From positions 14,818,001-14,882,000 of the forward strand of contig NC_135252.1 of assembly GCF_964204865.1 (NCBI RefSeq): DNA of 64,000 nt. The letters run 5' to 3'. Positions within the stretch are counted from its first letter, which is position 1. The number at the start of each line of letters is the position of its first letter. The stretch is from Styela clava (Eukaryota). Below the pieces are notes generated by a model. The model saw nothing but the letters and a program-made list of their open reading frames with translations, ran no database searches and was not told the origin of the DNA. The position numbers were made by a program, and so were the translations under genes. Shown one piece after another: positions 28,462 to 42,842 of the stretch.

Positions 28462-30349
28462 CAGTGCTCGTTAACCGGGTGTATAGTGGGCTACACCCCA
28501 GGGTGTACCAGAAAGTTCAGGGGGCGTACCACTTCAATAGGGTTTACCGTTTCGAATGTTGTAAGCTACACACTCAACACATGATATGCTAATTAAATAC
28601 GCTAAAATTGGCAATGGTATGTGATATCTATCTAACTAACCTACACGTGTCAATTTATACATAATCTATGTCTGGTATTTTCTGATATCTGCTTATCATG
28701 ATTTTAAAGTCACGATATCCTTTCGTAACAGTTCGATAATTTCTTAGCGGTACTTCTGTGAGACTGGGACTGACACTGGAGTTCATCCAGGTTGGCACTG
28801 GAAGAAGTAGTCTAATAAGCTGAGAATGTGATTATGGCGTGATTGTTTCGGCCATCTACATCAACATTTCGTTTTTTTTTATCACGCATGTATAAAGTCT
28901 TGCGCTCAGGCGGACATCGCTGTTTGTTTAAGTTTTTTTTTTCGCGGAACTGCGCGTTCTGTTCGACAAACTCGAAAGCTACTGTGCGATCATCGGCGAA
29001 GAGACGCTGAGGAAAGTTATAGGAACTATTTTGCAGCCCAAATTTCCAAATTAGCTTCATTTTGATTATTATCTCGTATCGTCTTTGAATTTTGATCGTC
29101 CTTATCGCCAACGTAAAATAAAAAGTGAACAATATCTTTGCCACTAGTTTCGGGGTTCGTTGTATTATTCTGTCGTGCCTACGTTATTTTCCGTTAAAAA
29201 AACACATAACGCATTATAAACGCAAAACACATTATAACGCAAATATAACACTCAATTTTAACGTCTTTGTCTGGTAGCGAAAAGTGTGTGCAGTGTGTGT
29301 TTGTCAGAAATACGCAAGTGCTTTCTACTGTCCGAGCGTTTAATTCAGCAACGCGCCATGTTCAGGTCACGTGTTACCAGACATTAGAACAGTAAACTGC
29401 AAATATAACGCTCAATTTTGAGGTCTTTGTCTGTTAGCGAAAGATGTGTGTGCAGATTCTCGTGTGTTCTTCAGAAATCCGCAAATGCGTTTTGCTGTCG
29501 ATACGATATTCGAATATTTTGTCCAGCTCTATCCTAAACTTGATTTTATGTATTTTGTAAATTCTAACGTGAATCGGAACTTGGCTGGTGTTCAAGTTTT
29601 GTAAAAACGTTTGCGGCCGCAATGAATTTCCCCATCTGAAAGTGACCCGCGATATCTTGATACATCATACGGCTGATACTATTGCTATCTGTTATATGTA
29701 TTGGCGGATAGGCATAATCTTAAGTTTTATGGCTCATTTATCAGTAAGTTTTCGAATAAATATTTAAGCATGTCGGAGCGAAAGTATACCTTCTAATTCT
29801 AATAGATTCGCCCGGTGTTTGCGACAATGCAGTGGCGGCAATAATTAAAGCCTTTCAGCTCTGACGGTAGACGCAAATTCTCTCGCGATTTTGCATGCAA
29901 TTAATACGTTGTTAGTGCTCATAATTAATATGTTAAAACTTTGCATGGCAGTCTAAAAATGGATATAGTAGCATAAAGGACTTCCATACCGCGTTTTTTT
30001 GTGGCATTGTTCTCCGCCCCAAAGAACGGGATTTTGTTGGTGGTACGCGGCTGGAGTAAAATACACAAAATGGTTTGTTGTCAGTAAAAGGTTGAAACCA
30101 CTGCTCTAATGAAAGGGGCACTGGAAACAAGAGTATTACTTCGCTTTGCACAAATGCCCGACGGAATCCAAGAGCAACGTTCACATTATCTAAATATCGA
30201 ACTATTGCGTCGACATAAACATATATATATAACATCTGAACAATTAATGAGTTGTTTTACGTATTAAAAATGTAGGATGGGCGGGATGTACCAGACTTTG
30301 AGAAAGGGTTGAAAGGGTGTACTATTAAAAAAAAAGTTGACGAGCACTG
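28462..30349. mobile_element. ~1.9-kb hAT-like non-autonomous element (degenerate), containing a second hAT-like end at ~30086-30103
   Basis: TIR CAGTGCTCGTTAAC (28462) and GTTGACGAGCACTG (ends 30349), with GGGTGTAC-type subterminal motifs. The TSD is not conserved (GTCTGAAT vs GCTAATGC). Internal AAAAGGTTGAAACCACTG resembles another hAT terminus. An internal direct repeat lies at ~29243 and ~29401. Confidence 0.65.
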
Positions 30350-33300
30350 GCTAATGCATTGTCTCAGCTAAGAGTGAGAAAAATAAAAGTTTTTTTTTAA
30401 AGACGCCAACACATTTATTTTTCGTTTTTTTTTGTGATACCGCTAAGTTATAAAAGGCTTTCACAATATGAGATGATGTAGTTTGTCTGCTGAAGAATCG
30501 TGTGATATTGTTAGATGTCTGGACGGTTGTTTTGTAGGTTATGGGTATATAATATAGCATTTTGTGCCAGAGAAATGAAAACATTGAAAATGAATAGAAT
30601 GACAGTGAAGGAATCAGGAGTCGGCAAACGTAATTTACATTCCGAGCAAGTTAATCGATTGACTTCTACGTAGACTCGTGAGGTACAATACCGATGTACT
30701 AATCGATGAATATTCATACCTTATACGATCTTTCTTCGAATACCGGTTTTTTTGCTCGCAGCAGTTTGATATCATTCTACGAGATCTTTTTTCAATTTAA
30801 CCAATAACATAAACAACCAAATTATCACTTGACGTATCTTGCTAATTAAAAAATTGTAAATATAAACAGAATAACAAAATCAAACATTTTTTGAATTTAC
30901 AAACCTGATTAATATCTGTTATTTATAATATTGTAAGGTGTGTTCATCAACAAATAAAATAGTTTGAATGTGTTCAATACAAAAAATTGTATTTAGGCAC
31001 CGACCGAACAGCGGCTTTTTAGTTCTATTGCAAGATATTGTTAAGTTGGCTGGCCTCAACAGCATAAAGCTTACATTTACTTAATGCTATACAAGTACTC
31101 AAAGCCGACTTTGAGACATCTAACTATTATTACTAATTGTTTTTATCAAGTAAATCGAGCTACCGTGAAATGTTAATTTGTAGATATAAACCGAGATGGT
31201 AATCGTCGATTGAACGTGTGAAATTTGTAACACGGATGTACTGCGGAGGTTTTGTCATACACAAGTAGACAGGGCCGTCTGTATGTCGTAAACAAGCTAT
31301 CAATTGCAGTTTTATTTTTAATTAAATTTGAATCGTTTCATTTGCGATTCGTATACCATAAAGTATATACCATAGTTAAAATTTATACTTGTACATAGAG
31401 AAGTGTAAAGTTTACAAGGCATGTTTTAAAAAACATTATCCAGAATTGTGTATGGAAGAAAGAAAGGTACAAGAGCACCAGAGTACGAAACCCATCACCA
31501 ACGACATTGTCAAAAAGCAGGTAAAATATTTCTTTTCGTTTTGTAATATTTATGACGTCGGATATGTCAAATCTGACCACCGCTCTAAAATGAATATCAC
31601 ATGGAAAAGTCTAACATAACTTGTCAAAAACGTGCGAATGACCTCTTTGTGAACTCGACGTGGCTATCACCTGGCAACTCGGGAATTGATTTATAAGAAG
31701 TATTGAATAGGGAAATTACATTTTCATGGCAAATGCAAATGTCAGAAGAGGTATGTCTGATTGCGCCAACCATTTTCTATTTTAAGAAACATATCATAAT
31801 TGTACTTTGTATGCAAGAACCGTGTAACGCTCCCCAAATCGTGACCATATTGTTCTGAACTATGTCATTGCACCCACGTTACTTCCTTTAAATACATAAA
31901 TAACAGGAGTAGTTTGAACGATATCGTTTGGCAATTCTACATAACCTTTAATGAGGCATTCAAGACAATTCCCGTCTAGACAAAGTATACAAGTCAACAT
32001 GCAATACTTCCATTCTTCATAATAAAATAAGGTACATTTCATTGGCATGTCCGGCGATTTGGTTAGTGATTAATTGGTATTTAGTTTGAATAGTACCACA
32101 AGCAGTTAGTATTTTCACAGTGAGAATGCCTTAAATTACTTAATTTGGATATTGCTACCGTATTTTATGTGCATTTTAAACCAATTACTTATGTTTTACG
32201 TTAACGTGGTCGTGAAATCGAGAATGTTCTATCGCATTTATTACGTCAATAATAGTAAAAACTGTCTGGTCCGAAAAAACATCACAGACAATGATGACGA
32301 AAATAGATACATCGTTAACTTTGACCCCAGAAAAAGGTGGCGCCTCTAGACGTTTGTCTACTCATAATCCAAGTTCGATAGTTGTATTAAATCAAGAGAA
32401 TGCTTTTCAATTTAGTACTTTTTAATTACCATCGAGGGTGTAATATAATCATAGATCATAAAATAAATACGAATAGTTGTGTGTTTGCGTGTGGAAGAAA
32501 TATTATTGCTCATAGATAGACAGTGTTCATCAATGAAGAGCGTCGGGTAAACCATCGATATGAATATGAATTACGATCAAGCAATTTGTAAACACTAATA
32601 TTTTTTTAAACTGCATCTCATTATGACTGACTAAAAATTACTACAACTCAAATCAGAAATCATAACAAGTGGAAGTGATGTTGTCTACAACTGCACTTAT
32701 TATTCGAAAACTTTTTGAATTCTAGTTTATTGTGATGCCTCCATGAGTGCTATTTTTATGCGTTTATCATTTTTTATGTCACGACAATTTCTCAATCGTG
32801 CCGTTGAAGCAGATTCTACACCATTTCCTTGGTATGTTTTAATTTTTTGTGATTAAAAAAATAGTATAGTTAGTATAATTTTCGTACGGTCATCACAAAT
32901 ACTTTTGGATGTCAATGAGCATTGGTGGTCATTGCGAATCATTTCAGGTAATTTCTGTTCATGATATCATGAGAAAATATTTAAAGTTGAAAGTAGGTTT
33001 CAATCATCGAAATTAGGTGGAATTGTACTAGTTACATAAGCCATCGACAAAAAGTGAAATGGGAACTAAATTAGACAAAACTGGTTAGCATATTAAGATG
33101 ACAGAATTAAGAATTAATCGCTTGATACACCAGAATTTCATCAATTACGTCAAAAACGGAAGTAAATAGAGAAAGTACAATTGGTGTCGTACCGGAAAAG
33201 AATAAAACGACAAGATTTGATTGTCGAAGATACAAATGCCGTGAAACTCCGCCAGGGAATGGCTTCAGCATCTGTAATGAGAAAACAGAATAGAAAAACG

Positions 33301-35074
33301 TCGATGTTCTCTGGAAGGCTACACTTATGCTGTGATCATTGCTCAGATGGCAAGTTGATATAAATGGAATGAAGAACTCTGGGTAATTCGAAAATGTAAA
33401 TATTCATGATTGTAGCCTGTGTACGATATCCATATTAAAAATTCATGGAAGATTTTCTTGTCTATTTACATTCCTTTCTGCATAAACGTTTGTATGTCTC
33501 AGACGTCGGGACTACGCCGAAGAGGAACCATATTTTTTTTAATTATTCGGATTATACCGCGTTAAAGGCTAAAATTTATCGAATTAAGCCATGTTAATAA
33601 CATAGTTAGACACTTATTGTCAAGTAAGATTTTTTTCTCGCACAGTTTAAACATGTAGACTGATTTCACGACCATTGGATTTCCGCAGGAATTACTTGAT
33701 AATGAATTTAAGCCACTCGAGATATTTCTTTGCGCTGTCACGAATACTCGAAAAATACCGACGTTTTGGAATCCGAGGTAATTAATCAACGTATAATAAA
33801 TTAGTATGACGTGTGGCAAACGTACGTATATTTCAATTAAATCAAATATGATTTCTGGAAAAGCAATTACTATCTTGTACATTTTTGGCGCTTAAATACT
33901 TAGTTGTGGTTAGTTAGTGGATTCAATTAAATTCTGAACTTACTCTTTACTCACATTTGCAAGACAATACATTTTCTTACAAAAAATTGCATATGTATGG
34001 TTTGTATATAGGTAACAATATCTAGATAAAAAACAATTTCTAGATCTAGAAATTTTCGTTTCCAAAGTGGGCTCATAAAAATATCTGGCTCAAATATAAT
34101 TAGTATATAATACGTTTAGGTACGTCAACACGGAAAGTAAAAACTGTGAGTTTCACTTATTAAAAAATTGTTTGTCGTATAATTGAGGTCGAACAAAGAA
34201 AAAGTGATAATTTCACCACATGACTAAACAATCCGTGATGTTTGGTATTGTTTTACCCCAGGTTCCTGCTTCGTTGTTTACGCAATGTATTTTCTGATCG
34301 TGTTGCGGTTGCGTACAATCATCAAATGAAGTTAATTATTCGTATCCGAAACATGAGCAAATAAATTCTCACGAAAACTGGTGGACATTGCAATAGTGAG
34401 GTTTACCAGGTCGGTTGAAGGTGAATTGTTTATATTATCTTGGCTTGAGGAATATCTGACGACAAGTACAAACGAGAAAACGCTAATAATATTTATGGAG
34501 TAATGCTAACAAAATAGAGCGAAGTCAGAAACGTGCGACTCAAAGTATTAAAATACACTATAAATGTGTCTTAAATAATGATTTTAATCGTTATATATAG
34601 ATAGAACATAATCAAAATCGTTGCACTTGGCCAAATACAGCTTTGCGCAATTTTCAGATGAGTTTGCGTGCAAATGCTAACCCGCTTATAGATTTTTTAT
34701 CATCCAGAACTCGAATCGACGGATAATAATTAGAAGAGTTTGCACACTTAGCGTAGAGTAATTTTTACGCAGAATACACAATACACCCCATTGATCAGAA
34801 TTAGTATTTACGAGAACGAAAGAGTTGAAATTTATTAGATTTTTTTATAAAATATTTGTAAACCCCAACTATATCGAATTTTTTTTTGCTGCGAAAAAAA
34901 TATTGATCAATTTTACTAATTTTTAAAGTTTGAGGTTCAACAACTTAACCAATAATTGAGTGTTTTTGTAAAAAAAAAAACTCATGCAAAATGACCTTTA
35001 TAAGCAAAAATTATATTATCTTCCAGCGAAAGTTTCGGGATAGTTCGACGTGCTTCTGCTGTTATTGCACCAAG

Positions 35075-36538
35075 ATGATTCAATTAAAATACGTCGGCAT
35101 CTTATTGGTAACAATATTAGTTCTCGCAAGATCAGAAGGCGATAGAATTCGAAGATCCTATGCACCGAATTGGAACATGTGGCGCGGAATTATCAACCAA
35201 CCTTACATGTACCCATTGAACTACCAGTATGCCTACCCAATAATACAACGTGTGCACCCTACAATTTCTACGAAAAGGGTAACAACGGAGCAGATCACGA
35301 GTCAGCCAACGACACCCACCATAGCCAATACCATAAGCACTACTACAACAATAGAACCTACTACAACAGCAGAACCTACCACAACGAATACAACGACAAC
35401 TGTTACAAATGACTCCCAGAATGAATTTGAACGCAGTTTTACTTTAACGCCAACTGCCAACAACAGTAATATTTTGCAAAAGTGTAAAAACGTTCGATTC
35501 AAGTCTCTCAGAGATTCTTGCATAAGAGTAGCACAAAATCCAATTCTTAAAGGTATGGACGACGTAAAGGGATATATAGGAGAAGAAGAAAACAATCAAC
35601 CGACTCTGCTTATAACGAGAGGATTCTCATTTCTCAAGCCAACGCTTGGGACACAAACAATATGCAATGAACCAGAAACCTGCCCCGATTATACAGTGGA
35701 CGACAGACCAACTCGGAAAAATCTATTAAGTTTATCGCCGTGGGTCATGTGTCGCGAATATGACCCGAATAGGTAAGAATGGTGGAGTCTGAACTTTTTG
35801 TTGTAGTATTTATTTTATTAGCGTTAAAACTATTAAAATACTACTTATTGGTGGATGAATATCATTAATATGATATGAACTGGTAGCGGTTTTTAAATCA
35901 TGTATCAGTCAAATTATAACAGTAACATAATATAAAAATAGCTAGTCGCCGTCAATTGATTCGTGAAATATGTAAGTAATAATGAAATACTGTGGTCAAA
36001 TTTATTGAATTAATTTGTTTGACGTAAAATGTGCACAGAAATCTTTTTGGCCAAACGTGACTTAACGATGAAGCCACAGGGTGCCATGTACATAGTTACC
36101 TATAAATATTCTACGCGTGCTCAGTAGTTCCTTGTTTTCCTGGGGGTTCGTTATTTGGTTTCCGTAAAGTGCGTGGATTTCATAAGCTGGACTTGATCTC
36201 TTATTACGTACATTGAATGAATAGTTTTCGCTGTGGGGATATTGTAGAATATACTTATCGAAACAATGTAATTATAATGAAATTGTGATTTTTGTTATAG
36301 ATTCCCGCAATGGATTAACGTGGCAAAATGTCTTTGTGGAGGTTGCATTAACTACCGGACTGGACAAGAAGAAGTCGGTGACGTGGTGTCCCAAGAATTG
36401 AGAGTGGACATTAATGTTCTCAAAAAAGACATTTTGACCCGAACATTTGGTCAATGCACACGTAAAACTTGCCGAGAGGAGGTACAAAGTGTAGCGATAG
36501 GATGTCATTGCGCATTAGCTGATTTACGTGTAAAGTGA
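35075..36538 (+). CDS. IL17: IL-17-like cytokine 3 with mucin-like Thr-rich N-terminal extension; exons 35075-35772, 36301-36538 (311 aa)
   Basis: Signal peptide MIQLKYVGILLVTILVLARS, then RIRR and a T/P-rich tract; LLSLSPWVMCREYDPNR|FPQWINVAKCLCGGC...IGCHC. Confidence 0.93.
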
Positions 36539-37475
36539 ATATTCGACATAAGAAATTAAGAATCAAGTTCTTCCCACTTACGTGATATTTTTATTTTATT
36601 ATTGATATGTTTTTTGTATTACTTTTCGTAATATTTAAATTTTCCTAATGCTAAAATTCTATTGTCCATTGTTTCCATGTATTTATGATCTCTGCTGACT
36701 AAAGAATTCAAGCGATATTCGAGTGAGAGTTTAATCTCTAGTGTTTCTATTTGGTGCTATAACAAAATTGTTTTTTTAGATCAAATTTATCATTAATCAC
36801 AACTTAAGATACAAAGTGTAAAAAATTATTATTAATATTATTCGAGACACCTAATTTACCACGCACAATAAACCTTGGTCCCCCACCGTTTATTCGTGAC
36901 CTAATATGTCCCATTATAAAACAATTAATCCCAGATTGAATTAATGCATTAGATTTGTGTAATCGTGGATTTTCTTCGATTTTAAATAAATTTATCATTT
37001 TACGCAGGTGTAACTCAAACGAGTCGAGACAGCCTGGCCTCTGTTTTGCGAATTCCAAAACGGGACATTTGATTGATTATTTCATTTTACTGAAATAGCT
37101 TTCGTGACTCGAAGTTACACAATGCTAAAATAAGACAACACAAAAGCATAAAACGATCCACTTAGCAGCATTTACTATTTGATGCCATTTAGTGTCGATT
37201 GTTCGTATCATTATTATGCGAGGACTAGCATTTTAGGATAAGGACACTTTTGGCGTTCATAACATGCATCAGTATAATACTTGAATAATATAATTTAATA
37301 CCTGAATTATAAACTGTAATTAAATGGTTATATAATATATGACATGTTTATTATACTACAGAAAAAGTTACTACAAAATTCTTATCGTATTGCATTGTGT
37401 CTAAATTGTTTTGTTTTGCTTTTTGTAGATAATTAATAATATAATATAATAAATACAAACTAAACGACGAATACT

Positions 37476-38931
37476 ATGAAATGTATTCTAATATTAAATC
37501 TGATGCTCTATTGGCTAATCACCATTGTTACGGGAAAATGTATTTCTACACCGGAGGGAACGAAATGCACGCCGGATACAACAATATACAATCCACTGAA
37601 TGGACCGCCCGGTGGTCTTTTTGACAAAAGAGAGCAGCAACCAATGAAGGCAACTCCTCACCATGAACAGCTATATAAGCAGTGCCTTGATATTCGGAAC
37701 CGGGATATGCGTAGTGCCTGTATAAGAATATCTAAGAATCCCATTCTAAAAAATATGGGAAACGGCACAAAAGGTGTTATAGACGACAGAGAATTGACTT
37801 TTCCATTTATTATCGGTCGAGGATTACACTTCCAATTTATTTCGGAACACGTGGTTCAAAACGTTTGTGATCAAAAAATGAATTGCCCAGATGGAGAAGA
37901 GTTGAAGAGAACTGATGATAATATGTCTAGTTTGTCTCCGTGGAAATATTGTATGCAGTACGATTCTTTAAGGTATGTACGCGTTTCATTATAACAACAA
38001 TTTTCTGGACTGAACCGTGTAATACCGGACATGTGGTATTTGTCGTCGAATGAATTGAAAATGATACGATACAATTGTACATCATAGGAATGGCGGGTTT
38101 ACTGCATTAGATCAGTAAAAAATAATAAAAAAAAACAGCACTCCACATCATGTTATACTCTAATAGCCACACCCTTAATTGATATGGCGTTGGGTTACCC
38201 GAAGTATGAATTATACCTTGAATATTCTAAAGTTTAGTTCAAAAATTCACATCGAAAAAAAAGGTTAAATAAAGAGTAAATATTTTATTTTACCGACTTC
38301 AATTTGATGAGGTAGATAAATACATATGCAAAGTTTGAAGCGATGTGCGTTTAATGTTGTTTAATTGGCTGCGTTAGGAACGCCCACATATTAATTATTT
38401 ATAACAAATATGCTATCTGCTCCTCATTGTCTATTTTTCGGTAAAATACGGAATCCGCGAAAACTTTGATTTTCTTATTATAACCTAGTACAGAAATAAA
38501 TCCCCCGACACTCTTAAATTAGTAATAAGTAAGTAACTGAAAGTAATAATACGCGGATCTTTTTGACTGCTGATATTTATCTCTGGTAATACCTTGTACA
38601 TATATTATGAATACACGGTATTCATCACACGGTATCGTGTGTGAAGTATTTCTTACATTCATAAAATAATTTTACTATCTTTTGCTATTTCAGGTATCCC
38701 CAGTGGATAAATGTCGCTCAGTGCTTATGTAGCGGATGCTTACATCCATTCACTGGAGCTGAAATTCATGGCAACGTTCTATCCAAGGAAATTCACGTTG
38801 AGATAAATGTTCTTCGAAAATTCTCGTTAAAGCATCCATTCAGCAAGTGTAATCGAAAAATCTGCGAAGAAACGACTCAAAAAATACCAATCGGATGTCA
38901 TTGCCAAATTGCCAATGTTCAGAATGTATAA
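37476..38931 (+). CDS. IL17: IL-17-like cytokine 4; exons 37476-37972, 38694-38931 (244 aa)
   Basis: Signal peptide MKCILILNLMLYWLITIVTG; MSSLSPWKYCMQYDSLR|YPQWINVAQCLCSGCLHPFTG...FSKCNRKICEETTQKIPIGCHCQIANVQNV*. Exon 2 is not in the ORF track and was translated manually. Confidence 0.93.
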
Positions 38932-41595
38932 AGTAGATGAAAAAAATTCGATTGTAGTAGAAGACGAAAGATAGTTGGTTGACGAACGACATCTAAACGT
39001 CAATGGTGAAATTATCTGAGATCCCTCCGATTATGCGTCACTGAATAGGATGTTGACGAGTTCAAGGAGAAATAATCAAACTCCAATAGCCCAAAATATT
39101 TTGTTTCAAGACCAGAATTTTACCTGATAAAATAATTTATTTCACGTAATCATTGATGAACCGAGACCGTTTTTAAATATAATCGTTTCAAAGTAAATTA
39201 GCAGATGCTGAGAAATTTATGGTATCTCATTTTGTTACGACGTAACAACATGAAAGTCCTAATGAATTAGACAGTGTGGGCAGCATCAATACATCTTAAA
39301 GCTTCAATAATATTTTTTTTGTGAAAATTAAATGAAAAATCAAGACAACTACCTATTATGTGTTCTGAAATATCCTAAAAAGAGATCTATTATACCAAAA
39401 GTGCAAAGTTGCATCGGTGCTTGCGAAGTTGGAAGACTATCCCATCGATGTCTGTTTATCTTCGAGTCACAACACACAAAACGTCAAACTATCCGATTCT
39501 AACGATTTTTTACTTTTATACTATTTCCATGTTAACTTGTTAAGGATATATTATTTGCTTGAAACGTTGTTTCAACTTTATATACTTATATTTATTATCG
39601 TGTTATTATATTTTGGTGAACTTTTATTTTATACCAAATATCTAAGGCAAGATATTATAATTTTATGTCCAATAGAATCTATTTATTTGATCAACACTGC
39701 CGATATATTAAAATATCTTTAAACAGAAGCTACATTTGATTTGTCAAATTCTCGTGAGTTGTGCCAGTTCAGTCGACTATATATCAATGCAGAACTACAT
39801 GACTTTGAATAAAAAAATTCTTCTACTTCGAAGCAGTGTTTCGCTTGCTTCCTAGCTATCGTATCGTAGTTAGCTGTAAATGAGTGAGAATTATTGCGAC
39901 TCTGAGCCAAGTTTGGTTATCTGGGGAAGTGAACATTGCTTAGCTGAAAGTAACTGACGCAATCTTGTCATCCGTCATATTGTTAGCCACATACTCAATG
40001 ATCGACGAAATAATGGTGGCAGAATTGAATTATATTAACGTATATAACCACATCGTAACTCACATTAAGAAAAAAAATTTGGTCAATCCATTCACCGTCA
40101 TAGAACTCGTGAAGTACTTTTTCACATTAATCAGAATCCTACGACGAACACATTGATTCTAAAATTATTGTATTATTTACCCTATATGCAAGTTGCTTGA
40201 TCATGATACAAAAAAATTTCACCTCATTGTCGCATAATTGACTCTGTGCGTCGGTCATAGACTCATAGGTCTAATTTGTAGAAGGCGAAAACTTACATCT
40301 CGACGTTTCAGATCATTTCATGTAACACCTGAAACGTTCTATAGCCGCACAACAGTAAGAAAAGTGTGGGCGAGTCTCATGGAACATATTTAGAGAAATG
40401 GGAATTATTATAACTACTGCACATTGTGTGATACCTACAATAAGAGCAATGAATACGGAAAATACTGTCAGATTGCATTCTTGGCGTCCCCGTGTGAATG
40501 GAACGATACTATTGAAATAAACCACATTTCATCCTCATCGCAACAGCGCCTTCCAGTGTTAAAAGTTTTGTCAAAATGACTTTCACACATGCACACAATG
40601 GCATGATTGTTTACATATTTCAGATATGTTTTTCACTCTCTTAATCATAATTATAGATACCGCGTGAATGCGTAACCCAATGAATTGTATATATTTATAA
40701 TAATATTAATACCAAATTTTCAATCTAGCAGTTCCGAAATAGAAAAAAGAAAATTTAAACTAAAATGAAGGGTAAAAACAACATTAGTACATGAATGGCA
40801 TATGTTTTGACTCAAAAATTTTTATTTTGTTCATACTATGAATTTGAAATAAAACAGATTCTCAATATATTCCTCTGAAAATATGTTCATTTGTACCTCA
40901 GTCCTTACGACTTCGCCTGACCACCAGAGAACGACGAACGAGGACGCGGAACCGCCACAGGGTGCGCAACTTATAATTTTGTAGACGTCATCGCACACAA
41001 AAAACGTGAAGCCCACAGAAATATTGTAAATGAAAAAAAGAAGGAGCCTCCCGTCTTTTTATGAACACTAAAAATTTCAATAAAATGGTCCATTAGTTGA
41101 TGGGGAAGGCAATTCTTTCACAACAAGAAGAAGAAATGAAATTCTTACAAAAATAACAACAACATAATCATAATAATACCAAAGCGATTCACTTTTCATG
41201 GTTAATAATTTAACATATATACACTTACTATGTAGTCTCTTATATTATATTAATATATATCAGTGTATATATTATGCATATCGTGCAAACTGTCTCAAGC
41301 ACACACTTCATCTAAATTATACTGACCCTGCAACAACGAACCAGACGTACTATGTAACCGCGTTTGATCTCTATAACCAACGTGCCTGAGGGTAGCTTCG
41401 CGGAAATTTTTGAATCATTTCACTTTGTATTCGTTCGATCTGAAATTTAGAATAAGTTTTCGAAATACCAGGATGTATACGGCTGTGTATTAGTGTATTG
41501 ATAGTGTATATTATTCTGAGTTTTGTATTTCAACAAACAAATTACTTTCTTATTTTCGTACGTAGATTATATTATTTAAAACAAATCTAATAAGG

Positions 41596-42842
41596 ATGAC
41601 ATTCGCGAGTTTGTGGTTGGTAGTTATACTTCTAATTAATGTGATTAGTGTCGGGGCTGCCCAAGAAAAGAAAGGATCCACCAGCAAACTACGAACGATT
41701 CCAAAACGAATGCATTTCCAAGTCAGATCTCAATGTAAACTATTCAAAACTTGGAAAATGAAACAGCTTTGTAATCAAGTTGCATCTGATCCCAATATCG
41801 TGAAAATGGGCCGTAAAGTACGAGCATTTGTTAAAAATAACGATGAGAAAAGGTTCAGCAAAAGGATGCGTAAATTATCATCAAACGCTAGAGCTCTTAC
41901 TATTCCCACTCCTCCAGTAGATGGATTTACTATGCCTTCTATTTCTCGGACGTTATCATCAAATACTGGATTTCAATGTACGAAATCCTGTCCAAGTTAT
42001 AGTTCACTTTTGTCGGGAAAAACTCCAATTCAAAGAAGCTTTTCACCTTGGGAGTCATGCGCCCACTACGATCCTCTAAGGTAAGTTTCCTTTTAGAGAA
42101 TGATTTTGAACACAAAATTCTACGTTGAGGGAAAGAATTGATATTGCCACTTACAACATAATAGTATTAGATCCTGTTTAAAATAATTCACTACATTTGC
42201 TCAATTACTTTTATAGAGTAACTCACCATTTACAATTGTACTGAGTAATTTGTACCCAAAAAACAAACCCATGCCATTTCGAACACATTCTAGAGAGTCA
42301 AAAATTTGGGGAGAGCGTCTTAGATTCCTAAAACTTTTGGATCATACACAAATAGAAGTTCAAGATTACAAGTGTTAAATAAATTTTCTTCATTTTCATG
42401 AAGGAAATTAACATATTTATGACTTCTGTTTTTAGGTCACCCTGGAATATAAATGATTTTACATGATGAATAAACTATACATGATTTTTATGATTGAAAG
42501 GAATATTTATCGATAAACCCGTAAACAAAACCTATATCGGTTGTTCCGCAGTATCGGTGTATCTGACAAATAGATTTCTATCTACCTCATTTCTTAATTT
42601 TACTCTGCAGATTTCCTCAATGGCTGAAGCTTGGGTTTTGCTCTTGTAAAGGATGCATAAATCCAGAAACTAAAAATGAAGATATGTCATTCGTGTCGGA
42701 ACCAATCACCGTAAACATCACCGTGTTGAAACGAAAGCCAGGCGTTTCATTTAGTGAATGTAAGAATCCGAATGTGGGATGTGAAAAAGCATTACTAGAA
42801 GTTACTCTAGGTTGCACATGTGTATTACCAAAAGGAACATAA
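41596..42842 (+). CDS. IL17: IL-17-like cytokine 5 (basic N-terminal region); exons 41596-42080, 42611-42842 (238 aa)
   Basis: Signal peptide MTFASLWLVVILLINVISVGAA; QRSFSPWESCAHYDPLR|FPQWLKLGFCSCKGCINPET...FSECKNPNVGCEKALLEVTLGCTCVLPKGT*. Exon 2 was translated manually. Confidence 0.93.

Noticed and set aside
35170-35595. Alternative-frame and antisense ORFs over IL17-like 3 (similarly 46609-47035, 42617-42817, 48995-49210, 55203-55708, 9965-10159)
   Set aside because: Shadow ORFs of real exons, with low-complexity or antisense translations and no independent support.
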